Assembly (NCBI GenBank): GCA_045632305.1
Contig: JAZQWL010000010.1
Location: 67,399 to 131,398, forward strand
Length of the DNA: 64,000 nt
Source of the DNA: Eubacteriales bacterium
GTDB lineage: Bacteria; Bacillota; Clostridia; Oscillospirales; CAG-272
Direction of reading: 5' to 3'
Shown here: positions 1-10,050 of the stretch, piece by piece
Layout of the letters: the number at the start of each line of letters is the position of its first letter
Position numbering within the stretch: the stretch's first letter is position 1
Made by a program: the position numbers and the translations under genes
The notes under the pieces: model-generated
What the model was told of the DNA's origin: nothing
The model's input: only the letters and a program-made list of their open reading frames with translations
Database searches by the model: none

Positions 1-57
1 GGTAATGAATTCAGCTGGGACTTTTCGCTCGCCAATTATCCTGCGGTTTGGGCGTTT

Positions 58-1437
58 ATGGTTCAGATAGGTTTATTATTTTTATTTTTGATGCTCGGAA
101 ATACGCTCAGACGCAAGATCCCGTGGTTCCGCAAGTGCCTTATTCCTTCCGCACTTCTTGGCGGTCTGTTGCTTCTCATTGTAAATATAATCATAAAGCA
201 GTTCGGGGTTGAGATTGTTAATCAGCAGGTCATGCAGGTTATTACTTATCACTGTCTGGGTATCGGATTTGCGGCGATGTCGCTTAAAACAGAGAAAAAG
301 CGCCACAAGACAAATTCCGCGCAGGTATTTGAATTCGGTGCGACAACCGGCGGCACGTACATGCTTCAAGCGTTTGTCGGATTGGGTATTTCTATTTTAA
401 TGTTCCTTATTACTCGCGGCGGCAAGGTTATTTCTTACGTCAGCGGTCTTATTCTCCCTCTGGCGTACGGACAGGGCCCCGGAAATGCGCTCAGTTGGGA
501 TATCAACTATACCAATATGCCCGGCAATTTCTTTGCGGGTAACGGAAGCTTTGGTCTTTCTCTTGCATCCATCGGATTTGTGGTTGCGTCGGTTTTCGGC
601 ATTATTTATATCAACATTTACAAAAAGCGCGGACTCAAGATGCGTGACGGAAGCCGCAATGCGGAGCTTTCCGACATTTACACTGAGAGTCTTAACGAGA
701 TTCCCGATAATGAGTCCGTTGACAAGTTTTCTCTTCAGATCGGTTTTGTTATCATAGCGTACGCTATGGCGTTTGGATTTATGTGTCTTCTCGGCATTCT
801 TTCCGACTTTACGAACAGCATCGCGTGGGGCTTCAATTTCCTTTGGGCATCCTTGGCGGCTATGGTGGTTAAGGCGGTCGTAAAGATCCTTCACAAGACC
901 AAGCTTATGAAGAGAGAATACATAAACAACTACCACATGGACAGAATTTCGGGTCTTTTCTTCGACCTTATGATCGTTGCGGGAGTAACCGCGATCGAGA
1001 TCAACGATATAAAGAATTACATTATTCCCATTATCGTTTTGAGCGTAGCCGGTGTGGTTGCGACTTGGATATATCTTCGCCTTGTAGCGAAGGAATGCTT
1101 CCGCGGATTCGAGCATGAGTTTTTCCTTATGAGCTTTGGCACATTTACAGGTACCGCATCGAACGGTATGATACTTATGAAGCAGATCGACCCCGCTCTT
1201 AGAACTCCGACGTCAAGTCTTTATATTTTGTCGAATTTCCCTGCAATGGTAATGATCGCTCCGCTTCTTTTCATGCTTGGATTTGCGGGCGGATCGCTTA
1301 AAAACGCCGTTATCGCTTGCGTGGTCTTCTTCGTCTTGTGGGTGGTTTACACTGTATTTTTATTCCGCAGACGGATCTTCAAAAAGCATTATAAGAACAA
1401 GCCCGTGGAGGTTTGGCAGGAAGAAGAGCAGTCGTGA
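58..1437 (+). CDS. Polytopic membrane transporter, sodium/glutamate symporter (GltS-like) family
   Basis: 459-aa ORF that is hydrophobic throughout. N-terminal LIPSALLGGLLLLIV and C-terminal FGTFTGTASNGM segments resemble GltS as I remember it. Followed by a hairpin plus T-run. Confidence 0.55.
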   Translation: MVQIGLLFLFLMLGNTLRRKIPWFRKCLIPSALLGGLLLLIVNIIIKQFGVEIVNQQVMQVITYHCLGIGFAAMSLKTEKKRHKTNSAQVFEFGATTGGTYMLQAFVGLGISILMFLITRGGKVISYVSGLILPLAYGQGPGNALSWDINYTNMPGNFFAGNGSFGLSLASIGFVVASVFGIIYINIYKKRGLKMRDGSRNAELSDIYTESLNEIPDNESVDKFSLQIGFVIIAYAMAFGFMCLLGILSDFTNSIAWGFNFLWASLAAMVVKAVVKILHKTKLMKREYINNYHMDRISGLFFDLMIVAGVTAIEINDIKNYIIPIIVLSVAGVVATWIYLRLVAKECFRGFEHEFFLMSFGTFTGTASNGMILMKQIDPALRTPTSSLYILSNFPAMVMIAPLLFMLGFAGGSLKNAVIACVVFFVLWVVYTVFLFRRRIFKKHYKNKPVEVWQEEEQS

Positions 1438-1458
1438 TTCAAATTTAATACAAAAATC

Positions 1459-1500
1459 AAGAGAACTCTGCAAAAATCCTCGCAGGGTTCTCTCTTTTTG
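1459..1500 (+). terminator. Rho-independent terminator after the transporter gene
   Basis: GAGAACTCTGC...GCAGGGTTCTC stem followed by CTTTTTG. Confidence 0.6.
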
Positions 1501-1595
1501 CGCTAAAATTCCTTGACAAATATACCTTAAATATTGTATAATTAAATAATAGTATAATGAGATATTGTATCCAAAAACAGACAGAGGAGCAAAAA

Positions 1596-3023
1596 ATGCT
1601 GAAATATAAAATTCTTCCCGAAGCAGACTCGGAATTAATAATTAAATATACGAACAGAATTTTCAAAATGAATCAGGCGAAGAGGGACGCGGGGTACACA
1701 CCGAGGTGCCACGTAATTACCTTCGGATGTCAGCAGAATGTGGCGGACAGCGAAAAGCTTACGGGCATGTGCGTTGCTATGGGATATACTCCCTGCGATG
1801 ATCCCGAGGATGCGGACATTATTCTCGCCAATACCTGTGCGGTGCGTGAGCATGCCGAGAAGAAGGCGCTCTCGACCATCGGTCAGTTCAAGCATATCAA
1901 GGCAAGAAAACCCGACCTTATCATCGGCGTTTGCGGTTGCATGGTAACGCAGGAGCACAGAAAGAACGATATTAAATTCAGATACCCTTACGTGGATTTC
2001 GTTTTCGGTACGTCGTCGATACACCGCCTGCCGCAGCTCATCTGCGATAGGTTGGACAAGCAGAAGAGAATATACTGTCCCGAGGAGACGGAATATCTCG
2101 TAGCCGAGGGCCTGCCCATTAATCGCGAGTCCGACTACCGAGCGTGGGTTTCCATTATGTACGGCTGCAACAACTTCTGCACGTATTGTATCGTGCCTTA
2201 CGTTCGCGGACGTGAGAGAAGCCGCCGCCCCGAGGACATTATTGACGAGGTTCGTGACTTGGTTGCGCGTGGATATAAGGACATCACCCTTCTAGGTCAG
2301 AACGTAAACTCCTATGGTAAGGATGCTAAGGGTGAGGACGGAGAATCCTATGATTTTGCCGATCTTCTTGCCGACCTTGACAAGATCGAGGGTGATTATC
2401 ATCTTCACTTTATGACAAGCCACCCGAAGGACGCGTCACGAAAGCTTATTGACGTTATGGCATCTTCGAAGCATATTGCCCGTCAGTTCCACCTGCCCAT
2501 GCAGTCGGGAAGTGACGTGATACTAAAGAAAATGAACCGTCATTACGATAGAGAAAAGTATCTTGCGACCGTGGATTATCTTTATGAGAAGATTCCCGAC
2601 GTCACGATCACCTCGGATATTATCGTGGGCTTCCCGGGGGAGACGGAGGAAGACTTTGCGGGAACGCTTGAGATGATCGAGCGCGTTCGTTTCGATATGA
2701 TATACTCCTTTATTTTCTCGCCGAGAAAGGGAACTCCCGCATCAGAAATGGAGGATCCCGCCACCGACAAGGAGAAGGGCGAGAGATTCAACCGCTTGCT
2801 TGAAGCCCAAAACAAGATCGGATACGAGAAGAATCAGACGCTTGTAGGACAGAGGATACGAGTTCTTTGCGACGGACGTAGCAAGAATAATCCCGACGTG
2901 TTCTGCGGAAGAACCGAGGGCAACAAGATAGTCCTTTTCGACGGCTCGGATGAGGATACGGGCAATTTCGTGGAGCTTAAAATAACTCGCGCGGATACTT
3001 TTGCGCTTTACGGTGAAAAATAA
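1596..3023 (+). CDS. miaB: tRNA-i6A37 methylthiotransferase MiaB
   Basis: N-terminal MTTase cysteines (FGCQQN, NTCAVRE, GCM), radical-SAM CNNFCTYC and a TRAM-like C-terminus. The ORF track starts at 1557, but ATG 1596 follows a GAGGAG RBS. Confidence 0.9.
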   Translation: MLKYKILPEADSELIIKYTNRIFKMNQAKRDAGYTPRCHVITFGCQQNVADSEKLTGMCVAMGYTPCDDPEDADIILANTCAVREHAEKKALSTIGQFKHIKARKPDLIIGVCGCMVTQEHRKNDIKFRYPYVDFVFGTSSIHRLPQLICDRLDKQKRIYCPEETEYLVAEGLPINRESDYRAWVSIMYGCNNFCTYCIVPYVRGRERSRRPEDIIDEVRDLVARGYKDITLLGQNVNSYGKDAKGEDGESYDFADLLADLDKIEGDYHLHFMTSHPKDASRKLIDVMASSKHIARQFHLPMQSGSDVILKKMNRHYDREKYLATVDYLYEKIPDVTITSDIIVGFPGETEEDFAGTLEMIERVRFDMIYSFIFSPRKGTPASEMEDPATDKEKGERFNRLLEAQNKIGYEKNQTLVGQRIRVLCDGRSKNNPDVFCGRTEGNKIVLFDGSDEDTGNFVELKITRADTFALYGEK

Positions 3024-3049
3024 TAGAAAAAGAATTGAGGTAAACTTAA

Positions 3050-3433
3050 ATGAGTATATATGCAATTGCAAAAGAACTTGGCGAGGCGATCGCTGAGGAC
3101 GCAAGAATGGTAAGAATGAAGGCGGCGAAGGCGGCTTACGAATCGAGCGGCGAGATCGCGGTGCTTCTTACGGAATACAGCATTCAGAGAGAGGCGCTTA
3201 CAAGCATCGGTGACGAGGGCGGCGAGATAAATACCGACGCTATTACACGCATTCAGGACCGTCTTGACGAGATCTATGATAAGATCACGACGAATCCTCT
3301 CTTTATTGAGCTTGACGAGGCGCAGACCGCGGTTAACGAGCTTATGGAGAACGTAAACAATATTATCAAGTATAATGCGACGGGTGAATCCCCCTGCACA
3401 CACGACTGCTCCACTTGTGGCGGTTGTCAGTAA
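3050..3433 (+). CDS. YlbF/YmcA-family-like small regulator with C-terminal Cys cluster
   Basis: 127-aa helical protein with a YlbF-like N-terminal pattern (AKELGEAI...AYESS...LLTEY). The C-terminus is CTHDCSTCGGCQ. Sits between miaB and mutS. Confidence 0.5.
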   Translation: MSIYAIAKELGEAIAEDARMVRMKAAKAAYESSGEIAVLLTEYSIQREALTSIGDEGGEINTDAITRIQDRLDEIYDKITTNPLFIELDEAQTAVNELMENVNNIIKYNATGESPCTHDCSTCGGCQ

Positions 3434-3465
3434 TTTAAATTCCGAATTTTAGGAGGAACACGAAT

Positions 3466-6057
3466 ATGACTCCAATGATGGAGCAATATTTTGAGGTTAA
3501 AAATAATTATAAGGACTGTCTTCTGTTCTACCGTCTCGGCGACTTCTACGAGATGTTCTTTGACGATGCAATCGTGGCGTCAAGAGAGCTTGAGCTGACG
3601 CTTACGGGAAGAGATTGCGGTGAGGCCGAGAGAGCGCCCATGTGCGGCGTTCCGTTCCATTCGGTCGATACCTACATAGGCAGACTTATCGAAAAGGGAT
3701 ATAAGATTGCTATTTGCGAGCAGATGGAGGATCCTTCTCTTGCGAAGGGACTCGTTCGCCGTGACGTGACGAGAATTATCTCCAAGGGCACGCTTATAGA
3801 GTCAAATCTTCTTACGGATAAAAAGAATAATTTCCTCTCTGCAATTTACGTAGGAGAGTACGATATCGGTGTTTGCTTCTGCGATATTTCAACCGCGGAG
3901 GTGTTTGCAACGTCATTTTCGGGTAATGACGCCGAGGGCGCGCTGATCAACGAGCTTGCGGCATATTCTCCCGTCGAGGTGGTTATAAATCTTGCAAAGA
4001 GCAAGAGCGAGGCGATCGCGGACTTTGCTATGGGTAGACTTGGCGCCACTTTTGTAGACAATCAACCGTCGAGATTCGAATACGGTGTGGGACTTGAGCT
4101 TGCAAGAAAGCATTTTGCCGAAAATTCCAAGGAGAATGATTTTGACGACAGAGCGGTGGTTTGCGCTCTCGGAGGTCTTCTCGACTATATATACGAAACA
4201 CAGAAAAAGGACATTTCCTACATAAATAAGCTGACGGTCTATACGGGCGGTCAGTATATGCAGATGGACGCGAACACAAGACGAAACCTTGAGCTTTGCG
4301 AGTCCATGAGAAGCAAGGAAAAGCGAGGAACGCTTCTTTGGGTGCTTGACAAGACCAAGAGTGCGATGGGCGGCAGACTTATCCGCAAATGGATCGAGCG
4401 TCCGCTTATTTCCGCGGCGGAGATCAAGCTTCGTCAGGGCGCGGTTGAGGAATTGTACAACAACTTCATGCTCCGTGAGGAAATGGGCGAGATCTTCTCA
4501 AACGTGCTTGACCTTGAGCGACTTATCACAAGAATCGTTTACGGAACTGCCAACGCAAAGGATCTTCGCGCAGTTGCCAATACGATCAAGGTGTTGCCCG
4601 AGCTTCGCCGTTTGATCGAGGGCTGTAAGAGTGAAGAAATGTTCCGTCTTTACAGCGAGCTTGACACTCTTGAGGACATTTTCGAGCTTATCGATACGGC
4701 TATCGTCGACGAGCCGCCATTCTCTGTTCGCGAGGGCGGTATGATCCGCGACGGCTACAATTCTCAGGTCGATGAATTCAGAGTTGCGGTATTCCACGGC
4801 GATGAGTGGAGAGAGAGAATTCTCGAATCGGAGAGGGAAGCGACGGGAATAAAGAATCTCAAGATCGGATATAACAAGGTGTTCGGCTACTTTATTGAGG
4901 TTACGAAGTCCCAGATAGATATGGTTCCCGACCGTTACATTAGAAAGCAGACGCTTTCGAACTGTGAAAGATACATTACCGAGGAGCTCAAGGATATGGA
5001 ATCCACGATCCTTGGCGCATCGGACAAGCTCTCGTCCCTTGAGTATGAGATCTTTTCCGAGATCAGAAACAAGGTGGCTGATGCCAGCGCAAGAATTCAG
5101 TCTGCCGCGGCTATAATTGCGGCTTGCGACGTTTATCTTTCTTTAGCGAGCGTTGCCGCCAAGAACAGATACGTTCGTCCGAAGATAAATACGGGCCCCG
5201 AAATTGAAATCAAGGACGGACGCCACCCTGTGGTTGAGCAGTTCGTTCGCGATACGTATTTCGTTCCCAACGATACAAAGCTCAATCTCACAGATACAAG
5301 ACTTATGCTCATCACGGGCCCCAATATGGCGGGTAAATCTACGTATATGAGACAGGTTGCGCTCATCGTTCTTATGGCGCAGATCGGCTCCTTCGTTCCC
5401 GCGAGTGAGGCAACGGTCGGTGTTGTGGATAAGATATTTACAAGAGTCGGCGCATCTGACGACTTGGCTTCGGGACAGTCTACGTTCATGCTTGAAATGA
5501 CCGAGGTTGCATACATTCTCAAAAATGCAACGAGAAACAGTCTTATCATTTACGACGAGGTAGGCCGCGGCACTTCCACGTTTGACGGCATGAGTATCGC
5601 GCGCGCTATCGTTGAATATACGGCAAGTAAAAAGATTGGTGCAAAGACGCTTTTTGCGACTCACTATCACGAGTTAACTTCAATGGAAGAAGAATTTGAC
5701 GGCATAGTCAATTACAATATTGCGGCAAAGAAGCGCGGCGACGGAATTACGTTCCTTCGCAAGATCGTTCGCGGCTCGACCGACGATTCCTACGGTATCG
5801 ACGTAGCAAAGCTTGCGGGTGTGCCGAATGAGGTTATCAAGCGCGCACGCGAGGTTCTGCAGAACGTTGAGGCAAGCGCGAAGAATCTCTCGCTTGTTGA
5901 AAAGAAGGAAGAGGTTGCGCTTGACGATAGCGTGATCACACTTGAGGACGTAATAAATCAGCAGATCATCGACGAGCTTAAAAATACAGATATAAATACG
6001 CTCTCACCGTATGAGTGTATGACTCTTCTTTTCAACTTGAAGAAACGGCTCGGATAA
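3466..6057 (+). CDS. mutS: DNA mismatch repair protein MutS
   Basis: 863 aa. N-terminal MTPMMEQYFEVK..FYRLGDFYEMF mismatch-binding motif, Walker A GPNMAGKST, and DEVGRGTST. Confidence 0.97.
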   Translation: MTPMMEQYFEVKNNYKDCLLFYRLGDFYEMFFDDAIVASRELELTLTGRDCGEAERAPMCGVPFHSVDTYIGRLIEKGYKIAICEQMEDPSLAKGLVRRDVTRIISKGTLIESNLLTDKKNNFLSAIYVGEYDIGVCFCDISTAEVFATSFSGNDAEGALINELAAYSPVEVVINLAKSKSEAIADFAMGRLGATFVDNQPSRFEYGVGLELARKHFAENSKENDFDDRAVVCALGGLLDYIYETQKKDISYINKLTVYTGGQYMQMDANTRRNLELCESMRSKEKRGTLLWVLDKTKSAMGGRLIRKWIERPLISAAEIKLRQGAVEELYNNFMLREEMGEIFSNVLDLERLITRIVYGTANAKDLRAVANTIKVLPELRRLIEGCKSEEMFRLYSELDTLEDIFELIDTAIVDEPPFSVREGGMIRDGYNSQVDEFRVAVFHGDEWRERILESEREATGIKNLKIGYNKVFGYFIEVTKSQIDMVPDRYIRKQTLSNCERYITEELKDMESTILGASDKLSSLEYEIFSEIRNKVADASARIQSAAAIIAACDVYLSLASVAAKNRYVRPKINTGPEIEIKDGRHPVVEQFVRDTYFVPNDTKLNLTDTRLMLITGPNMAGKSTYMRQVALIVLMAQIGSFVPASEATVGVVDKIFTRVGASDDLASGQSTFMLEMTEVAYILKNATRNSLIIYDEVGRGTSTFDGMSIARAIVEYTASKKIGAKTLFATHYHELTSMEEEFDGIVNYNIAAKKRGDGITFLRKIVRGSTDDSYGIDVAKLAGVPNEVIKRAREVLQNVEASAKNLSLVEKKEEVALDDSVITLEDVINQQIIDELKNTDINTLSPYECMTLLFNLKKRLG

Positions 6058-6092
6058 TGAAAATGAAAAATTACAGAAGGGAGGAAATTTAA

Positions 6093-8189
6093 ATGGGTGT
6101 AATCAATCAGCTGTCCTTTGACGTTGCGAATCTTATCGCGGCGGGAGAGGTAGTCGACAGACCTGCGTCGGCAATAAAGGAGCTTATGGAAAACTCCATT
6201 GACGCGGGGGCTAAAAGAATAACTGTTGAAATAAAGAACGGTGGCGTTACGTTTATGCGAGTATCCGACGACGGCTGCGGCATGGAGCCCGAGGATCTGC
6301 CCGTGGCGATTCTCCGCCACGCGACGAGTAAAATTTCCTCTGCGGAGGATCTTGACGGGATCGTTACGCTCGGCTTTCGCGGTGAAGCGTTGGCGGCGAT
6401 ATCCGCAGTATCAAAAATAAGAATTATCTCAAAATGCAGAGAAAACCCCATGGGTGCCGTTCTTGACGTTCATTACGGCGAGATTTTGGGGCTCAACGAG
6501 CAGGGCGCGTCAAACGGCACGACCATTATCGTCGAGGAGCTTTTCTCAAACGTTCCCGCAAGAAGAAAGTTTTTAAAGAGAGATATTACAGAGAGCAGTT
6601 TTGTCGGCACGAACGTCGAGAAAATCGCGCTCTCTCACCCCGAGATCGCTATAAGATACATTGCAGACGGCCAGGTCAAGCTTGAAACCGCAGGCGACGG
6701 CAATCTCAAAAATACGATCTATGCGGTTTACGGCAAGGATTTTTCGCAAAAGCTCATACCCGTCGATATGGAATATGACGGAATAAGAGTTTCGGGCTTT
6801 ATCGGTCGTTCCGATAACGTCAAGGGTAACCGTGGCGGCGAGAACTTTTATATAAATAATCGCTTTATCAAGAGCAAGACCGCGACGGCGGCGATAGAGC
6901 AGGCGTATTCCTCTTATATGCCGAGCGAAAAATTCCCCGTGTGCGTGCTTTTCATCGAGCTGTCCCCGGGGCGTGTTGACGTAAACGTGCATCCTGCAAA
7001 GCTCGAGGTCAAATTCTCGAACGAAAAGCCCGTGTTCGAGGCGGTTTATTATGCGGTAAAGCAGGCGCTTGAATCAAGCGCGTACCGTCCCGAAATTTTC
7101 AAAGCACCCGAGAGAAAAAATACTCTTGCGGCATCACAGCTTGAGGTTTCGGTTGAACGTGGCGAGTCGCAGAAGAAAAATCAGATGTCCATCGACTTTG
7201 TAACGCAGAGCGGTAACGGTGGATTCCATAAAATGAGCGCGGCTGATTACGTAAATACTTACGTAAACGGAGGCAGAACGCCGACACCCACTCCCGCTCC
7301 CTCGCCAAAGGCGGAGCAGAGACCTGCTCCCGTGCCCACACCTGCATTTAAGGTCGAAGAGACGAAGGAGCGCGTGAGCGCGCCCGTGTACACGGAACGC
7401 GTGGCAAGTGTTCAGAGGGTGATCCCGAAGGAGGATAGCTCCGTAAGTAATTCAAAGCCGAGCGAGGTCATCCCGTCCTACGAAAGCTATATTAAGCAAT
7501 CAACGGCAGAGAAAGAGAAGACACCCACGGTAAAAAAGATGCCCGAGCCGAGTGTTGCGACCGCTCCGCTTGTTGATACGGAGAACGTTCAGAGCGTATC
7601 GAACGGTAAAACGAGCTGGAGATATATCGGAGAGGCGTTCAATTCGTATATTATATGCGAGTTTGATGAGAAGCTTCTTATAATAGACAAGCACGCGGCG
7701 CACGAGAGAATCCTATTTGAGGAGCTCAAGGCGAATATGTATCGCGCGGAGGGCTCGTCGCAGATACTCATGCTCCCCATCGAGGTCATGCTTATGAGCG
7801 ATGAGATACAGTGTCTTGAGCAGTACCGCTCCGAGATCGAGGCGGTCGGATTTTCCTTTGAAAGCGCGAGAAATACTGTGTTCGTAACCGAAATTCCCAC
7901 GGGCATCGAGACCGAGGACGTTGCGAACTTTATGGCAGTTATAGCTGAGCGTCTTCGTGACGGAACGGGAAATATTGAGATCACAAGAAATCTCCTCTTT
8001 GAGCGCGCGCTTTATCAGGCATCCTGCAAGGCGGCTATCAAGGCGGGCAGGGAATACACGAAGGATTACAATCTCTGGATAATCCGAAAGCTTATGGAAA
8101 TTCCCGACATTACGGTCTGTCCTCACGGTCGTCCCGTGGCGATGACGTTCTCGAAGAGCAATATGGACCGTCAATTTGAAAGAACTTAA
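6093..8189 (+). CDS. mutL: DNA mismatch repair protein MutL
   Basis: GHKL ATPase N-terminus (IAAGEVVDRPASAIKELMENSIDAG), a Pro-rich linker and a C-terminal dimerisation domain. Directly downstream of mutS. Confidence 0.96.
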   Translation: MGVINQLSFDVANLIAAGEVVDRPASAIKELMENSIDAGAKRITVEIKNGGVTFMRVSDDGCGMEPEDLPVAILRHATSKISSAEDLDGIVTLGFRGEALAAISAVSKIRIISKCRENPMGAVLDVHYGEILGLNEQGASNGTTIIVEELFSNVPARRKFLKRDITESSFVGTNVEKIALSHPEIAIRYIADGQVKLETAGDGNLKNTIYAVYGKDFSQKLIPVDMEYDGIRVSGFIGRSDNVKGNRGGENFYINNRFIKSKTATAAIEQAYSSYMPSEKFPVCVLFIELSPGRVDVNVHPAKLEVKFSNEKPVFEAVYYAVKQALESSAYRPEIFKAPERKNTLAASQLEVSVERGESQKKNQMSIDFVTQSGNGGFHKMSAADYVNTYVNGGRTPTPTPAPSPKAEQRPAPVPTPAFKVEETKERVSAPVYTERVASVQRVIPKEDSSVSNSKPSEVIPSYESYIKQSTAEKEKTPTVKKMPEPSVATAPLVDTENVQSVSNGKTSWRYIGEAFNSYIICEFDEKLLIIDKHAAHERILFEELKANMYRAEGSSQILMLPIEVMLMSDEIQCLEQYRSEIEAVGFSFESARNTVFVTEIPTGIETEDVANFMAVIAERLRDGTGNIEITRNLLFERALYQASCKAAIKAGREYTKDYNLWIIRKLMEIPDITVCPHGRPVAMTFSKSNMDRQFERT

Positions 8190-8246
8190 AACAAAATTAA
8201 GCCGCCGCATTGGTCTGCGGCAGGCGAAAAATATAGGAGCAAAGTT

Positions 8247-9383
8247 ATGTTTGAACTTTTAGCACAGGACGGACGCGCTCGTCGCGGCGTCCTTCACACG
8301 GTACACGGTGATATTCAGACTCCCGTGTTTATGAACGTTGGCACTTGCGCGGCAATCAAGGGCGGTGTTTCTACAATGGAGCTTCGCGAAATTGACTGTC
8401 AGGTCGAGCTTTCCAACACATATCACTTACACATTCGTCCCGGTGACAAGCTCATTTATGAGATGGGCGGTCTTCATAAGTTTATGAACTGGGACAAGCC
8501 CATCCTTACCGACTCGGGTGGATTCCAAGTGTTTTCTTTAGCGCAGCTTCGTAAGATCACCGAGGAGGGCGTAAGATTCCAAAGCCACGTTGACGGTAAG
8601 AGAATCTTCATGGGCCCTGAGGAGAGCATGCAGATCCAGTCAAACCTTGCGTCCACGATCGCGATGGCGTTTGACGAATGCATCGAAAACCCCGCGCCCT
8701 ATCAGTACGTAAGAAATTCAATCGACAGAACGACTCGCTGGCTGCAGCGTTGCCGTATTGAGATGGACCGTCTCAATTCCTTGCCCGAGACTATCAATAA
8801 GAATCAGATGCTTTTCGGTATTAACCAGGGCGGAACGTACGAGGATCTTCGTATCGAGCATATGCAGAGAATTTCGGAAATTCCTTGCGAGGGTTATGCT
8901 CTCGGCGGTCTTGCGGTTGGTGAGGAGACCGAGGATATGTACAGAATTATTGACGCGGTTGAGCCCTTTATGCCCAAGGACAAGCCCAGATACCTTATGG
9001 GCGTAGGTACACCCTGCAATATTCTTGAGGCGGTTCACATGGGCGTTGATTTCTTCGACTGCGTAATGCCCTCGAGAAACGCGCGTCACGGAAACCTCTT
9101 TACGTGGGAAGGAAAGATGAATATTTGTAACGAAAAGTACGCAAAGGATCCCCGTCCGATCTCCCACTCCTGCGACTGTCCTGCTTGCAGAAATTACAGC
9201 CGCTCCTACATTCGTCATCTTATCAAGGCGAAGGAGGCGCTCGGTATGCGTCTTGCGGTTGTTCACAATCTCTATTTCTACAACAATCTTATGAAGAAGA
9301 TAAGAGAAGCGCTTGACGGCGGTTACTTTGAGGCGTTCTACCAGAAGTATCATATCGCACTCGGCGAGCGCAACCCCGATTAA
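8247..9383 (+). CDS. tgt: Queuine tRNA-ribosyltransferase
   Basis: 378 aa with DSGGFQV, a zinc site CDCPACRNY...H, and TPVFMNVGT. Confidence 0.95.
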   Translation: MFELLAQDGRARRGVLHTVHGDIQTPVFMNVGTCAAIKGGVSTMELREIDCQVELSNTYHLHIRPGDKLIYEMGGLHKFMNWDKPILTDSGGFQVFSLAQLRKITEEGVRFQSHVDGKRIFMGPEESMQIQSNLASTIAMAFDECIENPAPYQYVRNSIDRTTRWLQRCRIEMDRLNSLPETINKNQMLFGINQGGTYEDLRIEHMQRISEIPCEGYALGGLAVGEETEDMYRIIDAVEPFMPKDKPRYLMGVGTPCNILEAVHMGVDFFDCVMPSRNARHGNLFTWEGKMNICNEKYAKDPRPISHSCDCPACRNYSRSYIRHLIKAKEALGMRLAVVHNLYFYNNLMKKIREALDGGYFEAFYQKYHIALGERNPD

Positions 9384-9384
9384 A

Positions 9385-10050
9385 ATGATAAATTACGTAA
9401 TCTTTGATATGGACGGCACGCTTCTTGATACGGAGAAGCTCTTCCGCCGTTCGTGGATAGAAATAAGCAACGAGTACGGCTTGAGCGACGGAGAGCGTTT
9501 TTACGAGCTTGTCGCAGGACGTCCTGCCGAGGTGTTAAAGCAAAGATTTGCGGAAACCTACGGAGAGGAAATAGACTACGATGAGTTTATTTCGGTAAGG
9601 AGAAAAAGATTCTCTTCCTTTATCGAGGAGAATGTTCCGCTCAAGAGGTATTGTATCGAGATCCTTGAATATTTGAAGGGGCAGGGTATAAAAATCGCCT
9701 TGGCTACCTCGACTACGTTTGATTTAGCAAAGAGAAACCTTGAATTTGCGGGGATATATAAATATTTCGATGCGATAGTTACGGGTGATGATGTAGAGAA
9801 TGGCAAGCCCGCGCCCGACATTTTTCTGCTTGCGGCGGAGAGGTTAGGCGCGAAGCATTCCGAGGCGGTGATTGTTGAGGACACGTATAACGGTCTTCGG
9901 GGCGCGTACGCCGCGGGAATTCGCGGTATTATGGTCATTGACGGTCAGCCGCCAAATGAAGAAACACACGCGATCACGGTCGCGGAGTGTGAAGATCTTA
10001 ATCAGGTTTTAAACTATATAAAAACACACAAAGGAGACGGAAGAAAATGA
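9385..10050 (+). CDS. HAD-superfamily hydrolase (beta-phosphoglucomutase-like subfamily IA)
   Basis: DMDGTLLDTE motif I, ATST motif II, K...EDT motif. The ORF track start 9313 overlaps tgt. ATG 9385 gives the canonical MINYVIFDMDGT N-terminus. Confidence 0.8.
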   Translation: MINYVIFDMDGTLLDTEKLFRRSWIEISNEYGLSDGERFYELVAGRPAEVLKQRFAETYGEEIDYDEFISVRRKRFSSFIEENVPLKRYCIEILEYLKGQGIKIALATSTTFDLAKRNLEFAGIYKYFDAIVTGDDVENGKPAPDIFLLAAERLGAKHSEAVIVEDTYNGLRGAYAAGIRGIMVIDGQPPNEETHAITVAECEDLNQVLNYIKTHKGDGRK

